A stretch of DNA of 63,067 nucleotides from Actinomycetota bacterium (GCA_017857875.1 JAFMCH010000004.1:1-63067); one strand, 5' to 3'; shown: positions 1-11,010, counted from the stretch's first letter. The notes: generated by a model not told the origin, from the sequence alone. Numbers and translations are program-made.

Positions 1-141
1 GCCTTCGGGCACCCGAGCCAGCCCAACACCGAGGTCCGCGGGAGCGGGCACGACCCGGTGAAGTTCCAGCATCGACCCGGCGCGTCGCCCTAGATCGCGA
101 ATGTCGATCACGAGGGGTTTGCGCGGGTCGGGCGTGGTCAC
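1..141 (-). CDS. YceD/DUF177 family protein, N-terminal part (runs off window)
   Basis: Manual translation from GTG at 141: VTTPDPRKPLVIDIRDLGRRAGSMLELHRVVPAPADLGVGLARVPEG, typical actinobacterial DUF177 N-terminus; GAAAGG SD upstream; usual position downstream of coaD. Confidence 0.85.
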   Translation of the reverse strand, partial: MTTPDPRKPLVIDIRDLGRRAGSMLELHRVVPAPADLGVGLARVPEG

Positions 142-314
142 GACACCTTTCGTACCTGAACCGGACGGACTCGGTCTTCTACCGGCCCGTCGATAGGATA
201 CGCCACGCCTGGTTTGACCACGGGTGAGGCATGATTCGCCGGGCAGGGACGGCGGGGAATGACTAGCCGAGACGGCGAAACGGTCCCGTGGGCCCTGGTG
301 TGCCACGATGAAGT

Positions 315-461
315 ATGTCGGTCTCACTGGAGGGCAATCCCGGTTGTTCGGCGCTCGGACACCTGTATCGAGCCGAGGCCGGTCAACGAATCTGCATCAC
401 CTGCGGACACATCGATGGCCAAGAACCGGCCGCCGATGAGGAGACAACCCCACAGCAGTGA
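315..461 (+). CDS. Putative 48-aa Cys/His metal-binding small protein (not in ORF track)
   Basis: ATG 315 to TGA 461: MSVSLEGNPGCSALGHLYRAEAGQRICITCGHIDGQEPAADEETTPQQ; C-x4-H-x10-C-x2-C-x-H; fills an otherwise empty 345-bp gap; CACGAT -10-like hexamer 5 nt before ATG. Confidence 0.55.
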   Translation: MSVSLEGNPGCSALGHLYRAEAGQRICITCGHIDGQEPAADEETTPQQ

Positions 462-487
462 CGTGGCCGATCGGCTCCGACTAGGCC

Positions 488-973
488 CTACTCAGGCAGT
501 GGCTCATCCCCGCCGCTGAACTCCTCGGGGGCCTGGTCACGGATTTTATCGCGACCGCGCTCCACCACAGTGAGTGTCTTGTTCAGCACGATTTCGAAAT
601 TGGCGAGTTTCCCATCGATGTAGTCGTCGGTTTCGCGACGCATCCGCTCGGCCTCTGCCGCGGTTTCGCGACGAATAGCTTCGGCCTCCGCAACCGCAAC
701 GAGATACACCTCATGCGTAGAGAGCATCTGCTGCTGCTCGGCGTGGGCTTGGGCAATGAGCCGCTCGTATTCCCGGCGTCCATCTTCGACGACCGCGGTG
801 CGCTCAGACAGCAGGTGGTCGGCGCGCCCGATCGATTCCGGTAGCAGGTCGTGGATCTCTTCGATGAGATCAAGAACCTGCGCACGATTGACCATGCACG
901 AAGCCGACAACGGAACTGCCTTCGCTTCTTCAACTAACTGCGCGAGTTCCTCAAGTTTCTCGTCGACGTCCAT
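488..973 (-). CDS. Conserved coiled-coil protein (DivIVA-like/ATP synthase b-like) of the coaD-yceD interval
   Basis: Helical E/A/R-rich sequence, N-terminal 'LVEEAKAVPLSASCMVNR' typical of this actinobacterial family; synteny. Confidence 0.8.
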   Translation of the reverse strand: MDVDEKLEELAQLVEEAKAVPLSASCMVNRAQVLDLIEEIHDLLPESIGRADHLLSERTAVVEDGRREYERLIAQAHAEQQQMLSTHEVYLVAVAEAEAIRRETAAEAERMRRETDDYIDGKLANFEIVLNKTLTVVERGRDKIRDQAPEEFSGGDEPLPE

Positions 974-986
974 CGAACTCCTTCAC

Positions 987-1475
987 TCAGGCCGAGGGGT
1001 TTTCGGCCAGTTTGTCAGTCAATCGTCCCAGCACGCTTTGCGGAAGCAGCCCATCAACACTCCCACCGTGGGCGGCAACCTCCTTGACGAGGCTAGAGGA
1101 CAAATAGCTGTAGAGCGGATTCGTTGAAACAAACAGCGTCTCGACTCCGGCAAGTCGATAATTCATCTGGGCCATCTGCAGCTCATAGTCAAAATCGCTG
1201 ACCGCGCGAAGACCCTTGACGATCGCTTGGACGTCGTGCGTCCGGCAGTAGTCCACCAGTAGCCCGTAGAACGAATCAACGACCACGTTATCCAGCGGCG
1301 CCACAACCTCCTGCAGCATCTCAATGCGCTCTTGCACCGTGAAAAGACTGGACTTGGTCTTGTTGATCAAAACAGCGACGATGACCTGATCTGCTACGGC
1401 TGCGGCTCGAGCAAAGACATCGATGTGGCCGTTCGTGACCGGGTCAAATGATCCGGGACATACCGCTATCCGCAT
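987..1475 (-). CDS. coaD: Phosphopantetheine adenylyltransferase
   Basis: MRIAVCPGSFDPVTNGH, KGLRAVSDFDYELQMAQMN, SSSLVKEVA; start placed at ATG 1475. Confidence 0.97.
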   Translation of the reverse strand: MRIAVCPGSFDPVTNGHIDVFARAAAVADQVIVAVLINKTKSSLFTVQERIEMLQEVVAPLDNVVVDSFYGLLVDYCRTHDVQAIVKGLRAVSDFDYELQMAQMNYRLAGVETLFVSTNPLYSYLSSSLVKEVAAHGGSVDGLLPQSVLGRLTDKLAENPSA

Positions 1476-1512
1476 GGTCGCTCCGCGTCCTTTCACCGTG
1501 AGGTGTGCCGAC

Positions 1513-2139
1513 CTAGGAACCGACACTGCCAAGCCGACCGTACCAAAGGCAGGTCTCTCCGTACGTGCGTCGATCAATGCGGGTGAATCCCCATCCGTGG
1601 TGACTAGCTTCGGGGAAAGGTGACTGGGTGTCGCGGGACTCGCGCTCGACTACCACGAGGCTGCCATCGGCGCAGCAATCCCCATCACGCAGGTCACCAA
1701 GCAGCCCCTGCAGATCAGCCGCAGCTTGCTCATACGGTGGATCCGCAATTAAGAGGTTGATCGACCTGGGGTTCGCAGCGCATTCGCCCATTGCCGCCCA
1801 GCGATAGACATCTGCGATCTTGATGTGGGCCCCGGGCAACCCAACGACGTCAATATTGGCGCGCAGGGCCCCGACCGCAGCGCGATCTCGCTCCACAAAC
1901 GTCACCGATGCTGCGCCTCGACTCAGTGCCTCGAGGCCAAGTGCACCAGAGCCGGCGAAGAGATCGAGCACACGGATATCGGCCCACGGATCACGATCAG
2001 GGTCAACTCCAGCGGCGCTGAGGTAACTGGTGATGCTTGAAAACATGGCCTCGCGCACGCGATCAGTGGTCGGCCGGGTTGCTTTGCCACGGGGGGCTTG
2101 TAGCCGTCGGCCACGAGCCGCCCCAGAAACTATCCGCAT
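1513..2139 (-). CDS. rsmD: 16S rRNA m2G966 methyltransferase
   Basis: MRIVSGAARGRRL, TRPTTDRVREAMF, VLDLFAGSGALGLEALSRGA, DPPY. Confidence 0.95.
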   Translation of the reverse strand: MRIVSGAARGRRLQAPRGKATRPTTDRVREAMFSSITSYLSAAGVDPDRDPWADIRVLDLFAGSGALGLEALSRGAASVTFVERDRAAVGALRANIDVVGLPGAHIKIADVYRWAAMGECAANPRSINLLIADPPYEQAAADLQGLLGDLRDGDCCADGSLVVVERESRDTQSPFPEASHHGWGFTRIDRRTYGETCLWYGRLGSVGS

Positions 2140-2145
2140 GACACC

Positions 2146-4380
2146 TCAGCCCTTGTGCAAGTACTCAGCACGGTCATCTCGCTGAATCGACGCGGTCAGT
2201 TCTCGCAGGGCGAGATTTCGGCTCAAGTCGGGATCACGGGCAACAAGGGATTCCGCCGCGGCGCGTGCCCGTTGAATGACCGATTCGTCACGAACTACCT
2301 CCAGGAGTCGTAGTGACGTTCGGCCACCAGATTGCGCGGCACCGAGAACATCACCTTCGCGCCGGCTCTGCAGATCAATCCGAGCAAGTTCGAAACCATC
2401 GGTCGTGGACGCAACGGCGTCAAGCCGGGCACGTGCCGGGGACTGCGCATCGACAGATGTGACCAAAATACAAAGACTGGCCGCCGCACCGCGACCCACC
2501 CGGCCCCGCAATTGATGAAGTTGTGAGATGCCAAAGCGGTCAGCATCTAGCACGATCATGATCGTGGCGGATGGCACATCCACCCCCACCTCAATGACCG
2601 TCGTAGACACGAGAACATCGAGACTGTCGGCAGCACTAGATGCAGCCGCAAAGCGCCGCATGATCTGCTCCTTATCGTCGGCTGTCATGCGCCCGTGCAA
2701 AACGCCCACACGCAGGTCCGAAAGGATCGACGTACTCAATTCATGAGCAGTCGCGACAACACTGGCGGCCATTATTTTGTCGTCGGAGTCCGTATTCGCC
2801 AGCGCGTCGAGACTGTCTTCCTCATCGACGTCTTCGGCTCCGATACGGGCACACACCACATATGCCTTGCCACCAGCCTCGACCTCTTCGCGCACACGTT
2901 GCCATGCACGTGCCACATGTCGGGGCTGCTCGATCCGCGAAATCACGTGAGTGGCAATTGGTTGGCGGCCTTTGGGGAGTTCGTCAAGAACACTCACGCT
3001 GAGATCTCCAAAAACCGTCATTGCTACGGTGCGGGGAATGGGTGTCGCCGTCATCACGAGCATGTGCGGGCGGGTTCCATCAGGCAGTGCTCGGTGTAGC
3101 ACCGCTCGCTGCTCTACGCCAAAGCGGTGTTGCTCATCAATCACAACCAAACCCAGTTCGGCGAACTGCACCGACTCCTCAAATAACGCATGTGTGCCGA
3201 TCACAATTCCTGCTTCACCGCTGACTATTGCCAAGAGCCCTTCACGTCGCTGCTTTGCCGACATTGAACCGGTCATGAGCTGAACTCCTGTGGCATTGAC
3301 AGCACCCGACAACATGCCGCCCTCGGCCAATGGGCCTAGGAGCCCGCGTATCGTCGCCGCATGTTGCTGGGCCAGCACCTCCGTCGGCGCGATCAAGGCA
3401 GCTTGACCCCCCGCATCAACGACGGCGAGCATGGCACGCAACGCGACCAGGGTTTTTCCGCTACCCACATCCCCCTGTAGCAACCGATGCATCGGATGAT
3501 TAGCCGCCAAGTCAGCAAAGATCTCGCTCCCGACGCGTTGCTGAGCTGAGGTCAAGTCAAAAGGTGACGCTTCCTCGAACTCGGTCAGCAATCCCCCGGC
3601 GACCGCGGTTCGTGGAATGGCCGTAAGGCTGCGCCACTCGGCGCGCCGTTGGGCCAACACGACCTGCAACACGAACGCCTCGTCGAACTGAAGGCGTCGC
3701 CTCGCTGCCTCCACCTCCTGCATCGACGTGGGTCGATGAATCCAGGTGAGCGCCTGTTCCACCCCGATGAGACCTTCATCTTGTTGAATATCTGCGGGTA
3801 CCGGATCGTCCACCGCACCAAGTGACTCCAGCACGTGCGAAATCGCGTTACCAATACGCCAACTCGGAACTTTTGCCGTGGCCGCATAAATCGGCACCAT
3901 CCGCGCGGTAAAAAATCGTGCTGCTTCCACCTCGTCCGGATCAGCGACACTGCCCGGCAAGATCAGCAGCCGTGGATGAGTCAGCTGTTTTGTCGACCGA
4001 AATATCGACACGGTTCCTTCAAAAAGACCACGCCGACCAGGCTGACACTGCGATTCGCGCCACTTCTGGCCGAAAAAAACCAATGTGATGTAGCCGGTGC
4101 CGTCGGTGACCACCACCTCAACCCGTTGGCCCTTGCGTTGACGCATCGGCGTGGATCGCACCGACACCACTTCAGCGAAGATCGTCACGTGTTCGCCGGG
4201 AGTCAACGCCCCAAGATCGCTCATCTCCCCCGGTGTCAGGTACCGGCGCGGATAATGACCCAGTAGATCGCCGACTGTTCGCATACCAAAACCCTCAAGC
4301 AGAATCTTGGCCGTCTTGCCCCCGACAGCAGGACCAAGCGAATCGGTGAGCGACGTTGCGCCTAGTACAGCCTCACTCAC
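2146..4380 (-). CDS. recG: ATP-dependent DNA helicase RecG
   Basis: RLLQGDVGSGKT, DEQHRFGV, MTATPIPRT, QLHQLRGRVGRG, wedge domain. Confidence 0.97.
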   Translation of the reverse strand: MSEAVLGATSLTDSLGPAVGGKTAKILLEGFGMRTVGDLLGHYPRRYLTPGEMSDLGALTPGEHVTIFAEVVSVRSTPMRQRKGQRVEVVVTDGTGYITLVFFGQKWRESQCQPGRRGLFEGTVSIFRSTKQLTHPRLLILPGSVADPDEVEAARFFTARMVPIYAATAKVPSWRIGNAISHVLESLGAVDDPVPADIQQDEGLIGVEQALTWIHRPTSMQEVEAARRRLQFDEAFVLQVVLAQRRAEWRSLTAIPRTAVAGGLLTEFEEASPFDLTSAQQRVGSEIFADLAANHPMHRLLQGDVGSGKTLVALRAMLAVVDAGGQAALIAPTEVLAQQHAATIRGLLGPLAEGGMLSGAVNATGVQLMTGSMSAKQRREGLLAIVSGEAGIVIGTHALFEESVQFAELGLVVIDEQHRFGVEQRAVLHRALPDGTRPHMLVMTATPIPRTVAMTVFGDLSVSVLDELPKGRQPIATHVISRIEQPRHVARAWQRVREEVEAGGKAYVVCARIGAEDVDEEDSLDALANTDSDDKIMAASVVATAHELSTSILSDLRVGVLHGRMTADDKEQIMRRFAAASSAADSLDVLVSTTVIEVGVDVPSATIMIVLDADRFGISQLHQLRGRVGRGAAASLCILVTSVDAQSPARARLDAVASTTDGFELARIDLQSRREGDVLGAAQSGGRTSLRLLEVVRDESVIQRARAAAESLVARDPDLSRNLALRELTASIQRDDRAEYLHKG

Positions 4381-4383
4381 TAC

Positions 4384-6057
4384 TCACTCGACCCCAATGA
4401 TCAATGGCCACAACGGCTGACCTGCCTCAATGACAGTGATGTCGATCGCCGGATAACTGCCTAGTAATTGCTCGGTCACTGTGCGTAGGAGCCGGGGCGG
4501 TACATCCTCACCGGTGAGAAACGTGACAAGTTCACCACCGGTAGACAACAGTCGGTCCAAGACTCGGTTGACGACGACTCCCTCATCAGCGCCGATTTCA
4601 ACAATGTCTCCTTCGACCACGCCGAGAATATCCCCAACCTGGCAAAGGCCGGCGCTGGTCAACGCCTGCTTTGTGGCCACGGTGATTGCCCCGTAACGCG
4701 TGGCCCGTGCCGCATCAGCCATCGCCACGACAACGTCATCAAAGACCGCGCCGGGCTCGGCTACCGCGACCGCCGCCAGTGTTTGCACAATGCTGCGCGT
4801 GGGAATGACACTTGCCCGCACGCCGCTCATTCGTGCCTGTTCAGCAGCAATTTCGGCAACGGCGATGGTGTCGCCATCACTGGGTAGAACAATCACCTCG
4901 GAGGCATCGAGACGATAAATCGCATCCAAGACTTCGCCGGTGGAGGGCCTACGGCCCGGTTGGGCCATGATCGTGGCGACACCGTTCCCGCGCAGCACCT
5001 GATCAATGCCGGGGCCGTGAGCAACCGCGAGGATTCCGCGACCCAAACGAGCAGGCGGTGACTGCAGTTCAACAGCACTCAAGAACGTTATACGCAGCCG
5101 CCGAGGTCGCACCAGATCGATGACGCGTTCGACCGCATCACCGGGATCATCGACGTGCACATGGACACTCCATAGATCGGGCCCGCCAGTGACCACCAAG
5201 GAGTCCCCCAGTGAATCTAAGACTGCCCGCAATTGATCAACCGTGCTCGCATCGGTTTCGCACACGAACATGACCTCGAAGTCACCGGTCCCGTGTTCGA
5301 GTTGCTCTTCCCTGCCAGTTTCCGTGCCGATCGGCGTCGGCAGAACTCGGCTTTGCACTTCAGGACGGTTTCGGCGCACACCTGTCACGACATCAAGCAG
5401 CGCGTCGTAGACGACCACGAGGCCCTGCGCGCCTGCGTCAACGACGCCGGCCTGGCGCAGCACCGGCAACTGTTCGGTCGTGTGTCGAAGCGCTGCATGC
5501 ATCGCGGATGAAATACCCAACAGGTGACGCAACAGGTCACCTTGATCTGGTTCGACATGTTGACTATCGACACGGACGCCTAGCGCCGCCGCGTCAGCGG
5601 CCGCTCGGGCAACCGTCAAGATCGTGCCCTCAACCGGACGCGCCACAGCCTTGTAGGCACGATCGCTGGCAGATTTCAAAGCAAGCCGGACGATGTCGAT
5701 ATCCAGGGGACTCCCGGCTGGAACATGATCAAGCGTGGACACGATGCCACGCAGAATCTCGGCGAGGATGACACCGGAATTTCCTCGAGCACCCAGCGTG
5801 GCCGCCTTGGCAACTGCCGCACCCGCTTCACCGAGGGTGACCCCACTGGGTAGGTCATCGAGTGCCTCGTAGCAGGCCTCCATCGTCAAGAACATATTTG
5901 TCCCCGTATCGCCATCAGCGATCGGAAAGACGTTGAGCGAATCAATCGCGCTGCGCGACTCCTCCAACGCGGTCATCGAAGCGGCAAGCCATGCTCGCAG
6001 CGACGACGGGTCCAAGACCGCGGCAACCGCCACCTGCCTATCGACCAAATCGGCCAT
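4384..6057 (-). CDS. DAK2-domain fusion protein (YloV/FakA-like)
   Basis: LNVFPIADGDTGTNM, GARGNSGVILAEILRG, GVVDAGAQG; between rpmB and recG; GGAGG SD before ATG 6057. Confidence 0.92.
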   Translation of the reverse strand: MADLVDRQVAVAAVLDPSSLRAWLAASMTALEESRSAIDSLNVFPIADGDTGTNMFLTMEACYEALDDLPSGVTLGEAGAAVAKAATLGARGNSGVILAEILRGIVSTLDHVPAGSPLDIDIVRLALKSASDRAYKAVARPVEGTILTVARAAADAAALGVRVDSQHVEPDQGDLLRHLLGISSAMHAALRHTTEQLPVLRQAGVVDAGAQGLVVVYDALLDVVTGVRRNRPEVQSRVLPTPIGTETGREEQLEHGTGDFEVMFVCETDASTVDQLRAVLDSLGDSLVVTGGPDLWSVHVHVDDPGDAVERVIDLVRPRRLRITFLSAVELQSPPARLGRGILAVAHGPGIDQVLRGNGVATIMAQPGRRPSTGEVLDAIYRLDASEVIVLPSDGDTIAVAEIAAEQARMSGVRASVIPTRSIVQTLAAVAVAEPGAVFDDVVVAMADAARATRYGAITVATKQALTSAGLCQVGDILGVVEGDIVEIGADEGVVVNRVLDRLLSTGGELVTFLTGEDVPPRLLRTVTEQLLGSYPAIDITVIEAGQPLWPLIIGVE

Positions 6058-6258
6058 GTCCCCTCCTCCCGGCATCCGTTCCCGCAGCTTCCCAGCCCCC
6101 TCACCGTAGCGAGGTTCTAGGGATCAGGGGTACCCGCAGTTTGGAGTGACGCCACCCACTCGGTTATCCTTGGCTCCGGCTTAGGTCGATCGACTTGGTT
6201 CTTTGCCCTTATCCGTTCATCCCGCCGCACGTGCGGCACATTATTCGAGGAGTTCACC

Positions 6259-6447
6259 GTGGCGGCCAACTGTGATGTCTGCGGCAAGGGCCCAGGTTTC
6301 GGCAACAGCATCTCTCACTCGCATCGCCGTACTCCGCGCCGCTGGAACCCCAATATCCAAACCGTGCATGCCATGGTGGGTCGTACGCCCAAACGCCTCA
6401 ATGTCTGCACCTCGTGCATCAAGGCCGGCAAGGTCACTCGCGCCTAG
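6259..6447 (+). CDS. rpmB: 50S ribosomal protein L28 (Zn-binding form)
   Basis: [30 protein letters not shown]...[11 protein letters not shown]; GAGGAG SD. Confidence 0.97.
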   Translation: MAANCDVCGKGPGFGNSISHSHRRTPRRWNPNIQTVHAMVGRTPKRLNVCTSCIKAGKVTRA

Positions 6448-7061
6448 GTCAGCCGCGGATCATCCGCTGTGGGATCCTGCCCTTGATCGAGTGCATCCCA
6501 CGCCTGCGCCGCGCTAGTCGGCTGACCATCACTGATTCGCGTGCCGCCAGCACGCTCATAGCGGCGCCCCAATGCCGCCCAGCGTCGACCGCGTACCACC
6601 ACCATGATTCCGGCGACCACCACCGCTAGGCCCGATACAGCGGCCAGCAGCCACCACAGATTGCTTTGGGCGCTGATGATCTCACCGTCGTCTACGGCAG
6701 CCCTGATGAGTGCGTCGCGGCTGAAGATAAACGTCAATCCGGCCACGCCGGCGGTAGCCCCGGCCATAACCGCAACGCCGCCAACGATCACCCGGCCCCA
6801 GGTTCGAGTCGCAATGATTCCGGCCACAGCAGCCAGGGCAACCCAACCAGCCGCACCGCCGAAGCCGATCAATTCCCGTCCGGTAAACGTCTCTTGGGTC
6901 GTCGGCGACGCCTCCCCGGCAAAGACAGGCACAGTCACGGTCACCCACGTCGCGCCATAGGCCACCACACTGCCCACGGCACCAACCAGCAGCACGACCA
7001 GAGCGAAGGCATATTCGCGTCGTGAATTCCTCACTTCAACATCACCTGGAACTGCCACCAC
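6444..7061 (-). CDS. Trp biosynthesis-associated membrane protein (TIGR02234-like)
   Basis: Four hydrophobic segments, C-terminal 'W.ALGRRYER...[12 protein letters not shown]'; directly after trpE; start approximate (GTG 7061 or 7034). Confidence 0.85.
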   Translation of the reverse strand: MVAVPGDVEVRNSRREYAFALVVLLVGAVGSVVAYGATWVTVTVPVFAGEASPTTQETFTGRELIGFGGAAGWVALAAVAGIIATRTWGRVIVGGVAVMAGATAGVAGLTFIFSRDALIRAAVDDGEIISAQSNLWWLLAAVSGLAVVVAGIMVVVRGRRWAALGRRYERAGGTRISDGQPTSAAQAWDALDQGQDPTADDPRLT

Positions 7062-8623
7062 TAGTCCACCTCCCCCACGTTCGCCAACGTGTTGGCAAAT
7101 GCCACCGCACGCAGCACAGCAGCAGCCTTCGATTCGCATTCGGCGTATTCACTTTCAGGATGTGAATCAGCCACGATGCCTGCTCCAGCCTGGACGATTG
7201 CGGTAGTGCCCACCAAAACCGCGGTTCGAATAGCGATGGCCGTATCTAGATCACCGGCAAAGTCGAGGTAACCCACGCATCCGCCGTATACGCCACGTTG
7301 GGCGGGTTCAAGTTCGTCGATGATGGCCATTGCGCTCGGTTTTGGTGCTCCCGACAACGTCCCGGCGGGAAAAGTTGCACGCAGGGCGTCGAACGCGGTG
7401 CGATCAGCAGCAAGATCGCCGATAACCGTGGACACCAGATGCATGACGTGCGAATACCGCTCAACCTGCATGAACTGCACGACTTCGACGCTGCCGGGCT
7501 CACACACACGACCTAGGTCATTGCGAGCCAAGTCAACGAGCATCAGATGCTCGGCCCGCTCCTTCTTGTCAGCTAGTAGATGCTCGGCCAACTCTTCGTC
7601 GCGTTCGGGACTCACACCCCGAGGTCGCGTGCCGGCGATCGGATGCACTCGACACTGCCCATCCGCGACCGTCACCAGCGCCTCGGGCGATGAGCCGACA
7701 ATGTCAAAACTCACAGTTGGGTTAAGCGGATCAGAGAACGGATCGGGCATCCGCAATAGGTACATGTAAGGACTGGGGTTTGTCGCGCGAAGTATTCGAT
7801 ACACATCAAGGGCGGATGCCGTGCAATCCACCTCAAATCTTTGCGACACAACGATTTGAAAGGCATCGCCGGCGCGAATGTGAGCTTTCGCCGCTGCTAC
7901 AGATGCCAGGTACTCAGCACGCGAGGTGCGGTGAGAGGGCATCGGCTCGGCACGGCTGTCATACACCGATACGGTCGAAGCGGCAGGTGCCTGCAAGTCG
8001 CGTTCCATGCCATCCAAACGAGCAAGGGCATCGTCATAGGCCATATCAACGCGCTCATCACTCGCGTCATAGTTAATGGCATTGGCGATCAGCAGCACGG
8101 TGCCATCGGTATGGTCCAAGACGGCTAGATCGCAGGCCAATAGAAAACCCATTTCGGGGACATCGTGCTCCTGGGGATTCGAATCGGGCACATATTCCCA
8201 GCGCCGAACGGCGTCGTATCCGATGAAGCCGACCATGCCGCCCGTGAGCGGGGGCAAGCCTGGCAATCGCGGGGTATGCAAGAGCGTGAGAACCTCGCGT
8301 AAGGCCGCGAGCGGGTCGCCCCCCGCATCAACACCAACCGGTGCGTTTCCCCACCAGTGTGCGACACCGTCAACCTCGCTCAGCATCGCTGCGCTGCGAA
8401 CGCCGACGAAACTGAAACGGCTAAATGATCGTCCTTGCTCAGCCGACTCAAACAGGAAACTACCTGCTCGTTCATGGCTCAGCTTGCGATACAGCCCGAT
8501 CGGTGTTTCGCCGTCTGCTAGCAGCCGGCGCGTTACCGGAATCACCCGCCGGCTGTCGGCTAGGTCGCGAAACTGCTCCAGGCTCGGGGCGTTGACGCCC
8601 GGTGTCGTCGGGCTTGTCGTCAT
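7061..8623 (-). CDS. trpE: Anthranilate synthase component I
   Basis: [55 protein letters not shown]. Confidence 0.97.
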   Translation of the reverse strand: MTTSPTTPGVNAPSLEQFRDLADSRRVIPVTRRLLADGETPIGLYRKLSHERAGSFLFESAEQGRSFSRFSFVGVRSAAMLSEVDGVAHWWGNAPVGVDAGGDPLAALREVLTLLHTPRLPGLPPLTGGMVGFIGYDAVRRWEYVPDSNPQEHDVPEMGFLLACDLAVLDHTDGTVLLIANAINYDASDERVDMAYDDALARLDGMERDLQAPAASTVSVYDSRAEPMPSHRTSRAEYLASVAAAKAHIRAGDAFQIVVSQRFEVDCTASALDVYRILRATNPSPYMYLLRMPDPFSDPLNPTVSFDIVGSSPEALVTVADGQCRVHPIAGTRPRGVSPERDEELAEHLLADKKERAEHLMLVDLARNDLGRVCEPGSVEVVQFMQVERYSHVMHLVSTVIGDLAADRTAFDALRATFPAGTLSGAPKPSAMAIIDELEPAQRGVYGGCVGYLDFAGDLDTAIAIRTAVLVGTTAIVQAGAGIVADSHPESEYAECESKAAAVLRAVAFANTLANVGEVD

Positions 8624-9006
8624 GCCGGGTTACTCCTACCCGCAGCGCTTGCGTCCGACATACCCGCTGGCACGCGGCCTTCGAAACAAGAAACGCTCCC
8701 TGTGTGGCAGGCCGGACCCAGCTGGTCAACACTCAACAGCAACACGTCACCGTCGCAGTCGATACTGATCTCCCGGACCTGCTGCGCGTGCCCAGACGTC
8801 GCTCCCTTGACCCAATACTCTTGGCGACTGCGTGACCAATAGGTGGCTTGACCCGTGCGTTGCGTGCGCCGCAATGCCTCTGCATCCATCCAAGCCATCA
8901 TGAGTACCCGACCGGTTGCTGCGTCTTGAGCTATCACCGGAATCAAGCCGTCTGCTCCAAAAACTGGCTCGATCATCTCCATGGGTTCAGGTTCAGAGCT
9001 GCTCAT
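8620..9006 (-). CDS. hisI: Phosphoribosyl-AMP cyclohydrolase
   Basis: [35 protein letters not shown]; ATGA overlap with hisF stop. Confidence 0.95.
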   Translation of the reverse strand: MSSSEPEPMEMIEPVFGADGLIPVIAQDAATGRVLMMAWMDAEALRRTQRTGQATYWSRSRQEYWVKGATSGHAQQVREISIDCDGDVLLLSVDQLGPACHTGSVSCFEGRVPAGMSDASAAGRSNPA

Positions 9007-9815
9007 GAACCCATTGTGGCTGGCTCGCGAACCCAATCGACATCGACCCGCACAGGGTATCCGGCCGCTCGCAGGTGTTCCTTCATTTGCGCAATGGTGA
9101 CCTGGCCGAAGTGGAAAATACTCGCGGCCAATACAGCATCGGCACCGGCCGCGACAGCGGGTGGGCCGTGCTCGGCCGCGCCTGCGCCACCGCTGGCAAT
9201 GACCGGCACGTTGACCGCTGCGCGGACTAGCTCAATGAGTTCCACATCAAAGCCGGCTTGTGTGCCATCAGCATCCATCGAGTTGAGCAGGATTTCCCCG
9301 GCACCTGCTTGAGCCCCCGAAACCGACCAGGCAACAGCGTCAATTCCCGTGCCGCGGCGTCCACCGTGGGTAGTGACCTCGAAGCCGCTTGGCGTTGCGT
9401 GTGGATCCTCGCATCGGCGTGCATCCACACTGAGCACGACACACTGCGAACCAAATCGGTCGGCGGCCTCGTTGATCAATTCAGGTCGAGCAATGGCGGC
9501 CGTATTGAGACTCACCTTGTCCGCCCCGGCCCGAAGCAGTCGGTCGAAGTCATCAACACTGCGCACTCCGCCGCCCACCGTCAACGGAATGAAGACCTGC
9601 TCGGCGGTGCGACGAACGACGTCGTACATGGTGGACCGATCAGCACTCGAAGCCGTAATGTCCAAGAAGACGAGTTCATCGACACCTTGAGCGTCATAGC
9701 GTCGCGCCAATTCCACCGGATCCCCCGCATCACGCAAGCCCGTGAAGTTGACACCTTTCACGACCCGCCCGGCATCGACATCCAGACACGCGATGACCCG
9801 TACGGCAAGGCTCAC
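9003..9815 (-). CDS. hisF: Imidazole glycerol phosphate synthase cyclase subunit
   Basis: [50 protein letters not shown]. Confidence 0.97.
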   Translation of the reverse strand: MSLAVRVIACLDVDAGRVVKGVNFTGLRDAGDPVELARRYDAQGVDELVFLDITASSADRSTMYDVVRRTAEQVFIPLTVGGGVRSVDDFDRLLRAGADKVSLNTAAIARPELINEAADRFGSQCVVLSVDARRCEDPHATPSGFEVTTHGGRRGTGIDAVAWSVSGAQAGAGEILLNSMDADGTQAGFDVELIELVRAAVNVPVIASGGAGAAEHGPPAVAAGADAVLAASIFHFGQVTIAQMKEHLRAAGYPVRVDVDWVREPATMGS

Positions 9816-10597
9816 GGTTGCGGTGGACCCCAGAAATACAGGTCAAAGCGAGGTTCAATCGCGGCAACTGCTTCGGCCAACGTGAACGCGTTTTCATAAA
9901 GTGCCCGACCGATAATGGCACCTTCGATGCCGTGCGGAACGAGTTCGGCCAACCGATGCAAGTCTTCTAGCCGAGCGATGCCGCCTGAGGCAATGACGGG
10001 GCGATCAGTGTGCGCGCAGACTTTCTTCAGCAGGTGCAGATTGGGACCGTGCATCATGCCGTCCTTTTCCACATCTGTGACGATGTAACGCGCGCAACCA
10101 TCAGCGTCAAGCCGTGAGAGTGTCTCGAACAGGTCTCCACCTTCACTGGTCCACCCACGCGCTGCCAGCGTGTGTCCGCGAACGTCCAGCGAAACGGCAA
10201 TGCGATCTGCATGCTCGGCGATCACCGACCGCACCCACTCGGGGTTTTCCATGGCTGCCGTGCCAAGCACCACTCGGGTCGCGCCGGTGTTCAATGCCGC
10301 CCGCAATGAGTCGTCATCACGGATACCGCCGGCCACCTCAACATGAACGTCACCGCGAATTGCATGCACAACTTTGGTGAGGAGCTCATGATTGGATCCT
10401 CGTCCAAAGGCCGCATCCAGATCGACCAGGTGCACCCACGGCGCCCCCTGCTCGACCCAACCGCGAGCCGCCTGCACGGGGTCGCCGAAGTCAGTCTGCG
10501 AACCGGCCTCACCCTGAACGAGGCGAACAGCTCGTCCGTCTTGGATATCAACTGCGGGCAAGAGCGTGAATGCGGGCTTTTGCGGAGAAGGCGCCAT
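9812..10597 (-). CDS. priA: Bifunctional HisA/TrpF phosphoribosyl isomerase PriA
   Basis: [33 protein letters not shown] loop ([12 protein letters not shown]) typical of actinobacterial PriA; no trpF nearby. Confidence 0.93.
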   Translation of the reverse strand: MAPSPQKPAFTLLPAVDIQDGRAVRLVQGEAGSQTDFGDPVQAARGWVEQGAPWVHLVDLDAAFGRGSNHELLTKVVHAIRGDVHVEVAGGIRDDDSLRAALNTGATRVVLGTAAMENPEWVRSVIAEHADRIAVSLDVRGHTLAARGWTSEGGDLFETLSRLDADGCARYIVTDVEKDGMMHGPNLHLLKKVCAHTDRPVIASGGIARLEDLHRLAELVPHGIEGAIIGRALYENAFTLAEAVAAIEPRFDLYFWGPPQP

Positions 10598-10658
10598 GCC
10601 ATCACCCTACCGAGGAGGTCTTCTGAGGCATTGTCAAGGACTCACCTGGGGAATCGGC

Positions 10659-10988
10659 CTAGACCCGGCCGAAGGACATCACCCACACCACCGGCGCACA
10701 CAACAGACAGAACACCAGCAAAATCAGGCGGGCACCCCAACTTGGCATCAGCGGCCAGGCGATGAGACAGATCACCGCGATTCCACCGGCCATCACAGCT
10801 AACCGTCGCCTGCGACGTTGGGCGAGGAGCCCGGGAGTCGTCTTCGGCATCGACGGAACAAGCCGACGCAATGAACGCCCCCAAGCCTGGCGGCGGTCTA
10901 CCCGGGCGCGCCGCCGCGCACGTCTATTTCGTTCCTTGGCGGCCTCGCTCTCACGCAACTCCCGGCGCCGGGCCCGCTCTTTGCTCAC
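10659..10988 (-). CDS. Hypothetical Arg-rich protein with C-terminal two-helix membrane anchor
   Basis: From GTG 10988: VSKERARRRE...RRRRRLAVMAGGIAVICLIAWPLMPSWGARLILLVFCLLCAPVVWVMSFGRV; fills hisH-priA gap. Confidence 0.7.
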   Translation of the reverse strand: MSKERARRRELRESEAAKERNRRARRRARVDRRQAWGRSLRRLVPSMPKTTPGLLAQRRRRRLAVMAGGIAVICLIAWPLMPSWGARLILLVFCLLCAPVVWVMSFGRV

Positions 10989-11010
10989 CGAGTCAGTCCC
11001 GGGTGCTGGC

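Noticed and set aside
259-519. 86-aa plus-strand ORF from the track
   Set aside because: No recognisable motif, overlaps the 3' end of the next gene, and a different frame (315-461) gives a more protein-like product.
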